In this document: positions 1 to 10,282 of the stretch, piece by piece
Numbering within the stretch: position 1 is the first letter of the stretch
How the letters are laid out: the number at the start of each line of letters is the position of its first letter
Origin: an uncultured Spirochaetota bacterium
Lineage (GTDB): Bacteria; Spirochaetota; Spirochaetia; SZUA-6; CAVTHK01
NCBI GenBank assembly: GCA_963734495.1
Contig: CAVTHK010000007.1
Coordinates: 32,001-96,000 of the forward strand
DNA: 64,000 nt
Direction of reading: 5' to 3'
The notes under the pieces: model-generated
Seen by the model: only the letters and a program-made list of their open reading frames with translations
What the model was told of the DNA's origin: nothing
Database searches by the model: none
Position numbers and translations under genes: made by a program

Positions 1-326
1 GTGCACATGTCGGGCCGATTGAGGCCGCAGGAAAGGCAGCGTCCGCAGCCGCGGCGCACGGTAAAGACGGCCAGGTCTCCCGTGCGCACCCTGCGCACGG
101 CGTCGCCCGCCTCCACGACGCGGCCGAGCATCTCGTGGCCGATCACGAGCTCGGCCCGGCCGTCGGGCGCCAGCGCCCGGCCGCCCGCGGCCTCCTCCCG
201 ATCGGTGCCGCAGACTCCGACGCGAACGACCTGCACCTTGATCTCGCGATCGGACGCGATCGCGGGCTCGTCTCGCTCCACGATCCGAAGGTCCTTCCGG
301 CCGGGAGTCAGCGCGATCGCCTTCAA
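1..326 (-). CDS. Zn-dependent glucose 1-dehydrogenase-like MDR alcohol dehydrogenase (5' part; runs off the window)
   Basis: Not in the ORF track. Manual translation from TTG at 326 (SD AGGAGG at 331-336) gives MKAIALTPG...GVCGTD...IGHEMLG...RRGCGRCLSCGLNRPDMC, which has the catalytic Zn motifs (CGTD, GHE) and the structural Zn Cys cluster. Confidence 0.85.
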   Translation of the reverse strand, partial: MKAIALTPGRKDLRIVERDEPAIASDREIKVQVVRVGVCGTDREEAAGGRALAPDGRAELVIGHEMLGRVVEAGDAVRRVRTGDLAVFTVRRGCGRCLSCGLNRPDMC

Positions 327-334
327 TATGCCTC

Positions 335-1435
335 CTAGAGATGCCCCGTGATGAGCCCGCCGACCAGGTAGCCGATCACGGCCACGCCGAGCCCGACCAG
401 GAACATGTCGTACGCCGCTGCGAATGATGCCGCGGCCGGTGAACAGGCTGCGTGCCGCGCCCACGGCAAAGTGAGCCAGCATGCTGATGGAGAACGCGGT
501 CCAGATGACGGCCGGGCCCGTGCCAAAGACGAAGGGGATGACGGGGATAAAGGCCCCCACCGCCGTGGAAACGCCCGTCGTGATGCCTTCGCGCATCGGC
601 GACGCGCTCGCCGCCCGCTATGCCGAGCTCCTCGCGGGCTTTTTCCTGCAGGGCAATCGCGGGATCGGCCATCACCTGGGTGGCGGCGCGGCGGGCCGCT
701 TCGGCCGGCATGCCCTTGGCCTCGTAGAGCAGAGCGAGCTCCTCGGTCTCCACCTCGGGCATCAGCTCTATCTCCTCGCGCTCCATTGCGATCTCGTGCT
801 GCCAGACTTCCTGCTCGCTCTTGGCGGCCAGGAAGCCGCTGCCGCCCATCGAGAGCGAATCCGCGACGATTCCGGAGATGCCCGAAAGCAGCACGTACTG
901 CGGCGTGGCCTGCGCGCCGAGGATGCCCATCACGAGGCCGAAGTTGGCTGTGAGCCCGTCGTTGAAGCCGTAGATGACGTTGCGCAGGAACCCGCCCGAC
1001 CTGCTGTTGTGCCACGGCTCCGCCGTGTTCCCCTTGAGCTCGCTCAGGACCTGCGCGTGGCTCGCCTCGTCCCGCGCGATGCCGCGGAGCGACCTGCCGA
1101 CCTCGGCCGACGAATCCGCGCGGCCCTCCCGCGGGTAGTTGCGCACCTCCCGCGACTCGTCGGCGACGCGGAGGCCGAGCACGAGGCGCGCGTTCCCGTG
1201 ACGGGCGAGCCAGGCCATCAGCCGGATGCGGAGCCCCGGACGCCACTCAGCGACCGACTCGCCGCGCTTCGCGCAGCATCGCGAGAAAGGTCGCCTGGTG
1301 CTTGAGCTCCGCCGCGGCCAGCCGCTCGTAGATGCTCCTGCGGCCCTCGTCTTTCTCGCGGGCCGCGAGCGCCTTGTAGATGAAGGCGGACTCGCCCTCG
1401 TCCTGCCAGTGGGTCCTGAGCGTCTTTGTGTCCAT
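335..1435 (-). CDS. VIT1/CCC1 family iron/manganese transporter with N-terminal ferritin/rubrerythrin-like domain (about 3 frameshifts)
   Basis: ExxH motifs (ELKH, EASH), then LRNVIYGFNDGL, SLSMGGSGFLA and a hydrophobic C-terminus. Pieces lie in three frames (shifts near 1265, 605, 415). Confidence 0.8.
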
Positions 1436-1632
1436 GCCGGCGTCCCCGGGGTAAACGGTACGTACCGCGACCCCCTGCCGTCAACGTCGCGGCGCGGAGA
1501 TCGCGGGAGGGCCGCGGGGAGGGCCGCGCGAGGCCGCGACCGCGAGGGCCGCGAGCCGCCGGGACATACCTCTCCCCCGCCGCCTCCCACGCGGCCTCGC
1601 AACAAGTTCCGTTGATGCGCGCTGCTAGGACT

Positions 1633-1950
1633 CTAGTAGCGGTCGCGGTCGTATCCGCCGCCGCCGCCGCTGCGGGGCGGTCGATCCCTTCCGCCCCCCC
1701 CGGTGCGCTCCTTGGCTTCGCTCACCTTGAGCTGCCGCCCGCCGAGCTCATGCCCGTCGAGGGCGGTGATGGCCGCCCGCGCGGCGTCTTCGCTGCCCAT
1801 CTCGACAAAGCCGAACCCCCGCGACTGGCCGCTCATGCGGTCGCTCACGATGGCCGCTGACTCCACCTTGCCGTAGGTGGCGAACGTCTGGCGCAGCTCG
1901 TCCTCGGTCGTCGAGAAGCTCAGGTTCCCGACATAGATCTTCTTGTTCAC
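1633..1950 (-). CDS. RRM (RNP-1) RNA-binding protein with Gly/Arg-rich tail
   Basis: RNP2 IYVGNL and RNP1 RGFGFVEM. Confidence 0.92.
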   Translation of the reverse strand: MNKKIYVGNLSFSTTEDELRQTFATYGKVESAAIVSDRMSGQSRGFGFVEMGSEDAARAAITALDGHELGGRQLKVSEAKERTGGGGRDRPPRSGGGGGYDRDRY

Positions 1951-1984
1951 AACTCTCTCCCCTTGCGCTCTTCGAGCGCTGTCC

Positions 1985-2158
1985 TTACTTGCGGTCGATT
2001 CCGACCACGGTGAAATTGTCGCCGTAGCAGGACCGCGCGATCTTGTCCAGCTTCTTCTCGGCGCCGCTGCGGGAAAATGCGAAGACCTTGATCTTCATGT
2101 CGCTCGTTTGCCCGGTCAGCTGCCGCTCTGTGGTCAGCGTCATGACCCACGTACCCAT
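1985..2158 (-). CDS. small hypothetical protein (57 aa)
   Basis: ATG at 2158 preceded by GAGGG; protein-like composition MGTWVMTLTTERQ...VVGIDRK. Confidence 0.55.
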   Translation of the reverse strand: MGTWVMTLTTERQLTGQTSDMKIKVFAFSRSGAEKKLDKIARSCYGDNFTVVGIDRK

Positions 2159-2246
2159 GGTGCCCTCGTTCTGGCGTGATGCCTTCGAGCTCGCCGCCGG
2201 CGATGCGGCGGAGCGCATAGCAGAAACCGGACGGATCGGTCGCCGC

Positions 2247-2612
2247 TCAACTGTCCGCGCCCGCAGCCCTGAGCATGCTCTCTATTGCCCGGTTTCCCCT
2301 CTCGACGGCGAACTGCAGGGCCGTCTGCCCGTACTTCGCTCTTGCGTGGACATCGGCGCCCGCCTGGAGGAGGGCGGCCACGACGTCCGGGTAGCCGCCG
2401 ACAACGGAAAGCATCAAGGGCGTGCGATCAAAGGCGTCCTTGGCGTCGACGCTCGCGCCTTTTGCGAGCAGCGATTCGACCTGCCGGACCTTGCCTTCTT
2501 CTGTCGCTTTGAGGAGCGCCAGGTTGACGTCGCCTTTTGAGCACGACGAAACGAATGCGGCGACGATGACCGCGATGGCAGCGATCGTCGCGCGGGTCAA
2601 GCTGATGTGCAT
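2247..2612 (-). CDS. ankyrin-repeat lipoprotein
   Basis: Signal peptide with lipobox-like VSSC; ankyrin motifs TPLMLS and TALQFA; SD AAGGAG upstream of ATG at 2612. Confidence 0.85.
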   Translation of the reverse strand: MHISLTRATIAAIAVIVAAFVSSCSKGDVNLALLKATEEGKVRQVESLLAKGASVDAKDAFDRTPLMLSVVGGYPDVVAALLQAGADVHARAKYGQTALQFAVERGNRAIESMLRAAGADS

Positions 2613-2686
2613 CGTGCGCTCCTTTGCGTGAGTATACACTGCAATCCGCCTAATAGAAAGCGAGCCGCCGGGCCTCGCCGGCCTCG

Positions 2687-4422
2687 TCAGCCAAGCGCGC
2701 GCAGGGCCGCCAGCCAGCGCCGGCACTGCAGCGAAAACTCCCGGAACGCCCGCGCCGCCTGCTCCTGCACGTCCGCGCTCAGGGCGCGGTAGCGGCGCCG
2801 CGCTCGCATGAGGGCGCGCACTATGCTCCTGCGCAGGCCGCGGGCGAGTCGGGCGCGGCCGCTGCCGATCACGCGCGCCACCCTTCCGCCGAGCGCGAGC
2901 GCCGCGCGGGCGAGCAGCGCGGCCAGCGCCTCCGCTTCGAGGATGCGCCGCGTGATGGCGAAAAAGTGGTAGCCCTTGATCGCGAGGGCGACCGCGTCCG
3001 GGAACTGCCGGGGCCGATGCGATCAGAACGCCTCCCAGAAAGCGCAGGTACGCCCCGCCGTAGCGCGAGAAGCCCTGCCTCAGGAGCGACAGAAGCAGCG
3101 CCCTGATGCTCGACCAGGTCACCCGCTGCACGACCCTGGTCGTGGGGGGCAGGCGCCGCATGAGCTCGACGCAGCGCTCGAAATAGCGGGCCGGCTCGTA
3201 GACCTCCGCGAGCACTCTCTTGTAGCCGGCGATCAAGGTCTCCGCGGGCATCCGCGTGACAAAGCTGAGCTTGAGGTCGTGGGTGTTGTTTCCGCTCGAG
3301 TCCTCGAGGAGGCGCCCCTCGGCGGCGAGACGCCTGTGCAGGCGCGTGCCCGGGAGCGCCGTGAGCAGGCCGACCATCGCGGTCGGGATCGCCGCCTCCT
3401 GGATGAGCCTGACCTGCCGCTCGAAGATGTCGGGAGGGTCGGTGTCGAAGCCGACGATGAACCCGCCGGTCACCTCCATCCCGTGGCGCTGGATCGCTCG
3501 TATGCTGTCGAGCGCCGAAGCCTTGAGGTTCTGCCGCTTCCCGGTAAAGGCGAGCGTGGCTTCGTCCGGGGTCTCGATCCCCACGAACACCATCGTGAAG
3601 GCAGCCGCCTCCATCAGCGCCAGCAGCTCCGCGTCCTGCGCCAGGTCGATGCTCGCCTCCGTGGAGAACGTGAAAGGGAACCCGTGCGCCTGCTGCCACT
3701 CGACGACCGCGCGCAGGAGGTCCCGGGTCTTTCTCCTGTTGCCGACGAAATTGTCGTCGACGACAAAGACGTGCCCGCGGAACCCCGCGTCGTAGACCGT
3801 CTCCAGCTCGCCGGCGAACTGCTCGCGGGCTCTTGGTCCGCTGAACGCGGCCGAAAAGCTCGATGATGTCGCAGAACTCGCAATCGTACGGGCAGCCCCT
3901 GGAGTACTGCAGGGGCATGCTGTCGTACGCGCTGAGGTCGACGAGGTCGAAGCGCGGCGCAGGCGTGCGCGTGATGTCGGCGCGCCCGCGATCGCGGTAG
4001 ACGCGCCTCGCCCGGCCGCCCTCGAGGTCGGCGAGCAGCCGCGGCAGGGTCAGCTCCGCTTCGCCGAGGACAAAGACGTCCACGCCGCTGATGCGCTCGT
4101 GAGACGTCGTCGGGTACGGGCCCCCGGCGACGACGGGCGTGTCGCATTCGTTGCAGAGCCGCACCACGTCCTCGAACGAGCTCTTCTGCGCGATCATCGC
4201 AGAGACGAAGACGACGTCGGCCGACTCCACGTCCTCGCGCGGCAGGGGTGCGACGTTGAGGTCGACGAGCCTGACGTCGTAGTCGTCAGGGAGCATGCCG
4301 GCCACGGTCAGCAGGCCGAGGGGCGGGAGCGATGCGCGCTTGCCGATAAACGGCAGCGCGTGGCTGAAGCTCCAGTAAGTGTCGGGGAACTTGGGATAGA
4401 CCATCAGGACTCTGGTGCTCAT
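2687..4422 (-). CDS. B12-binding radical SAM protein with C-terminal DUF4070-like domain (2 frameshifts)
   Basis: PPLGLLTVA and VAGGPY in the B12-binding domain, CPYDCEFC radical SAM motif, VFVGIET and GGFIVGFD. Shifts near 3830 and 3020. Confidence 0.85.
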
Positions 4423-4545
4423 GGGCGGCTCCCTGCACCTGGTCACCGGTCAAGCGGGAACGAATCCGGTACGGTGAACAGCGTGTAACCAGAGAGACCC
4501 CTGACACCGGGAGAAGGTTGCGTTGTTCCGCGGGGAGGCCCGGTC

Positions 4546-5775
4546 TCAGTCCTGACCGGCTATGCGCCGCAGCGCGGCGATCAGCCGCGACACCTCTTCG
4601 GGGGTGTTGTAGTGCACCGCGCCGATGCGCACCATTCCGCCGGACGACTCGACGCCGAGCCGCTTCGTGACCTCGAGGGCGTAGTAGTTCCCGTGCCAGG
4701 CGTTGATGCCTTCGCGATCGAGCTCTTCGCAGACGGCGAGCGGAGTCTTCCCCTCAATGGTGAAGGCGAAGGTAGGCACCCGGCCGCCCGCGTCCCCGCT
4801 CGGCCCGTACAGCTTGAGGGCCGGGATGGCGGCGAGCCCGGCGAGCAGCATGGCGCTGTGCTCCTGCTCCGAGGAGCGGATCGCGTTCATCGCAGCCGCG
4901 AGCGCGTCGCGCCGGTCGCCCCGCGCGCCGCAGAGCTCCCTCCCCACCCAGGCGAGATACTCGACCGCTCCGAGCACGCCGGCCAGCGATTCGAAGCTCT
5001 GGGTGCCCGTTTCCCACCGGTCGGGCGGCCTGTCGGCCGCGGGTCGCACCTTGTACGGCACCAGGCGCTCCAGCAGCTCGTGCCTGCCGTAGAGAACGCC
5101 GGTGTGAGGCCCGAAGAACTTGTACGCCGAGCAGGCGAGAAAGTCGCAGCCCAGGGCGCGCACGTCGATCGGCCCGTGCGGCGCATAGTGGACGGCGTCC
5201 ACAAAGCAGAGCGCGCCGGCCTCGTGGGCGGCCGCGACCGCTTCGGCCACGGGGTTGACGGTGCCCACGGCGTTCGACGCATACCCGACGGCGACCAGGC
5301 GCGTCCGCTTCGACACGATCCGGCGCAGGTCCGCCGCGGTCCACGCGCAGGTGCGCAGGTCGAAGTCCAGCCATTTCACCGTGCAGCCGCGCTCCTCGGC
5401 GATCAGCAGCCAGGGCGCGACGTTCGCGTCGTGGTCGAGGCGCGTCACCACGATCTCGTCGCCCTGTCGCAGCTCGCGCGCTATGCTCCGCGACAGGTGC
5501 AGCGTGAGCGAGGTCATGTTCTGGCCGAACACGATCTCCTCGGGCCTCGCCGCCCCCAGCAGGTCGGCCATCGCGCCGCGCGCCTCCAGGACCGAGGCGT
5601 CCGACGCGCGGCCGGTCCGGAACGCGCCGCCGTGGTTGGCGTTCATCGTGAGCAGGTAGTCCCGCATCCGATCGAGCGCCTCGCGGCAGATCTGCGTGCC
5701 CGCGGGGTTGTCGAAGAACGTCGTCCCCGAATCGAGCGCGGGAAAGTGGGACCTGACGACTGCCGCTTCAATCAT
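4546..5775 (-). CDS. cysteine desulfurase-like protein (class V PLP aminotransferase, VC1184-like subfamily)
   Basis: FDNPAGTQ, LDHDANVAPW, VDAVHYAPH, CSAYKFFGPH (PLP Lys), ETGT. Confidence 0.88.
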   Translation of the reverse strand: MIEAAVVRSHFPALDSGTTFFDNPAGTQICREALDRMRDYLLTMNANHGGAFRTGRASDASVLEARGAMADLLGAARPEEIVFGQNMTSLTLHLSRSIARELRQGDEIVVTRLDHDANVAPWLLIAEERGCTVKWLDFDLRTCAWTAADLRRIVSKRTRLVAVGYASNAVGTVNPVAEAVAAAHEAGALCFVDAVHYAPHGPIDVRALGCDFLACSAYKFFGPHTGVLYGRHELLERLVPYKVRPAADRPPDRWETGTQSFESLAGVLGAVEYLAWVGRELCGARGDRRDALAAAMNAIRSSEQEHSAMLLAGLAAIPALKLYGPSGDAGGRVPTFAFTIEGKTPLAVCEELDREGINAWHGNYYALEVTKRLGVESSGGMVRIGAVHYNTPEEVSRLIAALRRIAGQD

Positions 5776-5871
5776 CGCGGGCCTCCTCGCTGCGGGGCCG
5801 CCCGACGATGCGCCCCGCGGGAGGTGCAAAGCCCCTGAGGGCAGGGCTCCTCCCGCGGGACGCCGGTCGAG

Positions 5872-7200
5872 CTACTCTTTGCCGTACTCTTCGATGAACC
5901 TCGGGTTGGCCTTGAGCAGCCTCTGGTGCTGGCTCTCCCACTCGTTCAGGACGTTGTCGAGCGGCTCGCCGAGGAACCACTTCTGGGTGACTTCCTTCAT
6001 CACGTCCTTGATTCCGGGGATCCAGACGAGGTCGGCGTGCCCTACCTTGCGGTTGCCGTTGAACCAGGTCAGGCACGGGTCGAGGCACTTGTCGGGCATG
6101 ATGTCGACGCCCTTGTAGGTCGAGATGATGCCGCCCTCCCTGACCATGATCTCGCCGCTCTCCTTCTTCACGAAGTTCGTCATGAAGGCGCGGACCGCGT
6201 CGAGGCTCTTGACCGGCTTGCTGATGCTCACGGCCTGCGTGAGGCCGACGTTGAACCAGCGGTCCTCGGGCTTGTCCTGCAGGACGGTCGGGATGATGAC
6301 GAAGTCGAAGTCGGGGCCGGCGAGCTCGCGGATGCGCACCACCGTCGAGCCGTGAGCGACCCAGAAGACGCCGTCGCCCCGGATGAAGCGCTTGATCGCC
6401 TCGTCGTTGTCGACGCCCAGGGCATCGGGCGACATGTACTCGCGGAGCTTCGCGAACTTCGTGAACATCTCGCGGATGAAGGCGTCGTTGAAGTGCCGCT
6501 TGCCCTCCAGCATCTCCTTGTAGTACCCGGGGTTGTTGGCGAGCACGACGGTGGCGAGGTACTGGAAGTCGAACTGCGAGACGTTGTTGACGTCCTTGCC
6601 CGCGATGATCATCGGGTACTTGAGACCCTTGTCGCGCACGGCCTTCGCGGCTTCGAGCAGCTGCGGGAAGCTCTCGGGCCACTTGATGTCGCCGTACTTC
6701 TTGAGCGCTTCGCGGTTGATAAAGAGCCCCGTGTTCTCGTAGTTGATGGGGAATCCGTAGACCCGGCCCTTGTACGAGTTGAAGGGAAGGTCCTCTTTCT
6801 TCGCCTGCGACATGAACGGCTCGTCGGTCATGTCGTAGATGAGCCCGGCCGAAGCGAACTCGCGCACGCGGTTGCCGCCCTGGAACCGGTAGAGATCGGG
6901 CTGCTCGCCGGCCGCGAACCTGGCCTTGAGGGCCGTGATGAACTCCGCGGTCCCCGCCACCGAAGTCACCTCGACCTTGGCCTTCGGGTTCTCCTTGAGA
7001 AACTGGTCGATGACCTTCTGCTCGGCCTGCAGGCCCTTGCCCGTCGCCGAAGTCAGGAACCGCAGCGTGATCGGTCCCACGCCTGCGCCGGTCTTTGCGG
7101 CCGCGGGCGCCTGCCCGCTCGCCGACACGATGCCGGTGGGCAGCAGGATCAGCGCCGCAAGAGCGCAGACCAGCACCGCCGTCTTCCTTCCTCTGAACAT
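5872..7200 (-). CDS. carbohydrate ABC transporter substrate-binding protein (family 1)
   Basis: Signal peptide; AGEQPDL, GRVYGFP and GLFINREAL motifs; SD AGGAGG upstream of ATG at 7200. Confidence 0.88.
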   Translation of the reverse strand: MFRGRKTAVLVCALAALILLPTGIVSASGQAPAAAKTGAGVGPITLRFLTSATGKGLQAEQKVIDQFLKENPKAKVEVTSVAGTAEFITALKARFAAGEQPDLYRFQGGNRVREFASAGLIYDMTDEPFMSQAKKEDLPFNSYKGRVYGFPINYENTGLFINREALKKYGDIKWPESFPQLLEAAKAVRDKGLKYPMIIAGKDVNNVSQFDFQYLATVVLANNPGYYKEMLEGKRHFNDAFIREMFTKFAKLREYMSPDALGVDNDEAIKRFIRGDGVFWVAHGSTVVRIRELAGPDFDFVIIPTVLQDKPEDRWFNVGLTQAVSISKPVKSLDAVRAFMTNFVKKESGEIMVREGGIISTYKGVDIMPDKCLDPCLTWFNGNRKVGHADLVWIPGIKDVMKEVTQKWFLGEPLDNVLNEWESQHQRLLKANPRFIEEYGKE

Positions 7201-7241
7201 GTCTCCTCCTATGCGTGGCCTCAAGGGCCTCATGCACGTTC

Positions 7242-9401
7242 TCAAGACGCGGACCGCGGCCTCGCGATCCGCACGACCACGGCGTCTTTGGCCGGCACCC
7301 GCGCCCGGATGCGGCCGTTCGCCCACCGCGCCGCCGACGGCTCGCCGCGGTGGACGCGCTCGACGCCCCCGGCTTCGAAGCGCCCGGCCACCGCGACGTC
7401 CGCCTCCTGCGGGCGGCCGGACATGTTGACGATCCAGAGAAAGAGCCCTCCGGCGCCTCCGGCGCCTCCGGCGGACGAGGCGAGCCTCGCCTTGATGTCC
7501 GGGTTGTCGACCGTCGCCGCGCGCTCGACGCCGAGCCACTCGAGCAGCGCCGCGAAGAGCCTGCCGCCTTCGGCGGTCGGGCGCCGGTGGTAGGCCTGCG
7601 AAGGGCAGGTGCCGAGCAGGAGCGTCCTGCCCTTGCCAAAGGCGTTCTCGGCTGCGGCCACGGCGCCGCCGGCGAGCGAGCCGCACGGCCGCGCGGACGT
7701 CGGCCGGTAGGTCTGGAGGTATTCGCCGCAGCCAACCTCGACCCGGGGGCCGGACCCGACATTCGCCTGGAAGCTCGTCCCCGGCAGCAGGTCGGGCGTG
7801 AACTCGACGCCCGCTTCGCGCACCCCGAACACTTCGTCGAGCCCCAGGTTGGGCTGCACGTCGCCGGCCGCACCGCCGTCGCCGAAGTAGCCGGGGCAGC
7901 CTTCGCTCACGAGCCTGCCGCCCTTCTCCACCCATGACCTGATCCTCCTGGCGTCCTCGGAGCGCAGCATCAGGGGGTAAGGAAGGTAGAGGGCGGAATA
8001 GTTGTCGATGTCGTCGATGTGCACCCAGTCGGCCTGGATGTTGGCGTCGAAGAAGCCGCGGTAGGCGCCCCACATCATCGCCTTGTAGTTGTCCTCAGAG
8101 CCGAACATCGAGAGCAGCTTGGACGCTGTCTGCGCGGCGGGCACCACGACGATTCCCACGTCGCCCGGCACGGGGGCCGCTTCGAACAGCTCCGCGTGAC
8201 TCGAGTCGTTGGCCCACTTCGCGATCGAGCTCGCCATCTCCGAGCGCGGCGTCGGCAGGCCGTCCATCCCGTACGGGCCGAAAGCGCCGAACAGCGGGCC
8301 GTTGAGCAGGGGCCGCCATCGCGGGTAGAGGATCCCGCGTGCGCCCCCGGCCAGGGAGACCAGGTTCCACAAGCGGAGGTCCTCGGCCTGCGGGATCCGT
8401 CCGTCTTCGCGCGGCCGCCCGACGACCTGGGGCTGCAGCCACAACGGCCCGCCCTGCGCCTCGGCATGCCAGAACGGCTTGCCCCTCGAACCGGCGCGCG
8501 TGATGTCCACGGCGTGCCACTGCTTCCACGCCTCGCTGCCCCTGCGGCAGGCCACCCAGGTAAACCCGTACACCTGGACGTGGGACGCGGCCTCCCACTC
8601 GTCCGAGCCGCCCAACGCCATGTTGTCGATGCTCTGGCCGGTCCCGTGCGCGCAGACCAGGTTCTTCCTGTCCACGGCCCGCAGGGTGTCGATGCGCCAC
8701 TGCATCTGGCCGTAGTGGTCATCCTTGCGGAACTCCAGCCAGTCGATGCTGTCCGGGTAGAAATACAGGCTCGCGGGCGGGCGCACCCGGGCCCAGTCCG
8801 AGTAGCTGTACCTGTGCCATGCCTCTTCGAGGCGCTCGAGACTGCCGTACTTTCGCTGGAGCCACAGCCGGAATTGAGCGGCCGTGTCCTCGCACCAGCA
8901 CACGTTGTGGGGGTAGTTGCACTCGTTCCAGACGTCGTAGCCGAGGGTGGCCGGGTGCTCCTTGTACCTCTCTGCCAGCGCCCGCAGGAAGCGCCCGGTC
9001 AGGTCCCGCGCCTCCGGCTTGTCCAGGCAGAGGCCCGCGTTAAAGCCGCCGGTCGCGCTGCTCACGCCCATCTGCGTCACCGCCCGCCGCCCGTCCTTGT
9101 CCACGCACAACAGGTCGGGCCGCTCGAAGGCCAGCCATTCGGGGATGGACGTCGTGATCTCGGCGATGATCGTCTTGATGCCGTGGCGGGCGGCCAGGTC
9201 GAGGTGCGCGTCGTAGTCGTCCCAGTCGAAGCGGCCGGGCGCCCTCTCGATGCTGCCCCACATGAACCAGTGGCGGAAGATGTTCATGCCATCGCGGGCC
9301 GCCTGAGCGTAGTCACGCTCCCAGTCCTTGCGGGGCGGATTGGACTTGCGGAAGTAGACGGCGCCGTAGGGAACCTGCGGGAGCCTCGTCGTGTCGCCCA
9401 T
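7242..9401 (-). CDS. GH42-family beta-galactosidase
   Basis: YGAVYF, WGSIERAPGRFDW, YDVWNE (acid/base), CWC, FWHAE (nucleophile); C-terminal trimerisation domain. Confidence 0.85.
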   Translation of the reverse strand: MGDTTRLPQVPYGAVYFRKSNPPRKDWERDYAQAARDGMNIFRHWFMWGSIERAPGRFDWDDYDAHLDLAARHGIKTIIAEITTSIPEWLAFERPDLLCVDKDGRRAVTQMGVSSATGGFNAGLCLDKPEARDLTGRFLRALAERYKEHPATLGYDVWNECNYPHNVCWCEDTAAQFRLWLQRKYGSLERLEEAWHRYSYSDWARVRPPASLYFYPDSIDWLEFRKDDHYGQMQWRIDTLRAVDRKNLVCAHGTGQSIDNMALGGSDEWEAASHVQVYGFTWVACRRGSEAWKQWHAVDITRAGSRGKPFWHAEAQGGPLWLQPQVVGRPREDGRIPQAEDLRLWNLVSLAGGARGILYPRWRPLLNGPLFGAFGPYGMDGLPTPRSEMASSIAKWANDSSHAELFEAAPVPGDVGIVVVPAAQTASKLLSMFGSEDNYKAMMWGAYRGFFDANIQADWVHIDDIDNYSALYLPYPLMLRSEDARRIRSWVEKGGRLVSEGCPGYFGDGGAAGDVQPNLGLDEVFGVREAGVEFTPDLLPGTSFQANVGSGPRVEVGCGEYLQTYRPTSARPCGSLAGGAVAAAENAFGKGRTLLLGTCPSQAYHRRPTAEGGRLFAALLEWLGVERAATVDNPDIKARLASSAGGAGGAGGLFLWIVNMSGRPQEADVAVAGRFEAGGVERVHRGEPSAARWANGRIRARVPAKDAVVVRIARPRSAS

Positions 9402-9409
9402 CGCCGCCC

Positions 9410-10282
9410 CTACCCTTTGACCGCGCCGACGAGGATGCCGCTCACGATGTTCTTCTGCAGCAGCAGGTACATGGTGATCAGCGGCACCACCGCGATCGTG
9501 TATGCGGCAAACGTCATCTCCCACCTCGAGCCGAACTCGCCATAAAAGTTGTACATCGCCAGCGTCACCGTCCGCTTGGATGCGTCCGAGAGCGTGAGCA
9601 TGGGGATCAGGAAGTCGTTCCAGATCCCGAGAAAGTCCAGGATGAACAGCGTCGTGATCACCGGCTTGAGCAGCGGAAAGATCAGCCGCCAGAAGATCGT
9701 GTAGACCGAGCAGCCGTCTATGACGGCGGCCTCCACGAGCTCGTTCGGCAGGGTCCTCACGAACCCGACCAGCAGGAACACCGCGAACGGCATGCCGACG
9801 CCCGTGTAAAAGACCACGAGGCCGAGCCGCGAGTTCATGAGCCCCAGGTCCTTGATCAGCTTCACGATCGGAACGAGCACCGTGTAGATCGGGATCATCA
9901 GGCCGGAGAGGAAGAGCACGTACAGGAACTCGTTGAAACGGCTCCGCTTCTTCGCGAGCGTGAACGACGCCATCGAGGCAAACAGGATCCGGAGCACGAC
10001 CGCCGCGAGGCTGATCACGATGCTGTTCAGGTACACCTTTTCGAAGCTGAGCATCGACCACACGTTCTTGAAATTCCCGAGAAAGATGGCCTTCGGGAAC
10101 GCGAGGGGCGTAAAGATGATCTCCCGCGTGGTCTTCAGCGAGATGATGATGATGGAGTAGATGGGGATAAAGTAGACCGCGACGAACACGACGGAGAAGG
10201 CCTCGAGCAGGATGAGAGGCATTCTCCTCTTGAGCAGCGCCGCCGCGCCCCGCGCCTCCCTGACGGCCGTGACGTCACGCAA
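9410..10282 (-). CDS. carbohydrate ABC transporter permease (MalG-like)
   Basis: ELVEAAVIDGCS EAA loop; WNDFL. Confidence 0.92.
   Translation of the reverse strand: MRDVTAVREARGAAALLKRRMPLILLEAFSVVFVAVYFIPIYSIIIISLKTTREIIFTPLAFPKAIFLGNFKNVWSMLSFEKVYLNSIVISLAAVVLRILFASMASFTLAKKRSRFNEFLYVLFLSGLMIPIYTVLVPIVKLIKDLGLMNSRLGLVVFYTGVGMPFAVFLLVGFVRTLPNELVEAAVIDGCSVYTIFWRLIFPLLKPVITTLFILDFLGIWNDFLIPMLTLSDASKRTVTLAMYNFYGEFGSRWEMTFAAYTIAVVPLITMYLLLQKNIVSGILVGAVKG

Noticed and set aside
1-351. Plus-strand ORFs 1-351 and 135-338
   Set aside because: Antisense to the motif-bearing dehydrogenase on the minus strand.
4423-4545. Cobalamin or SAM riboswitch upstream of the B12 radical SAM gene
   Set aside because: The region is short and no B12-box or SAM-I core motifs are recognisable.
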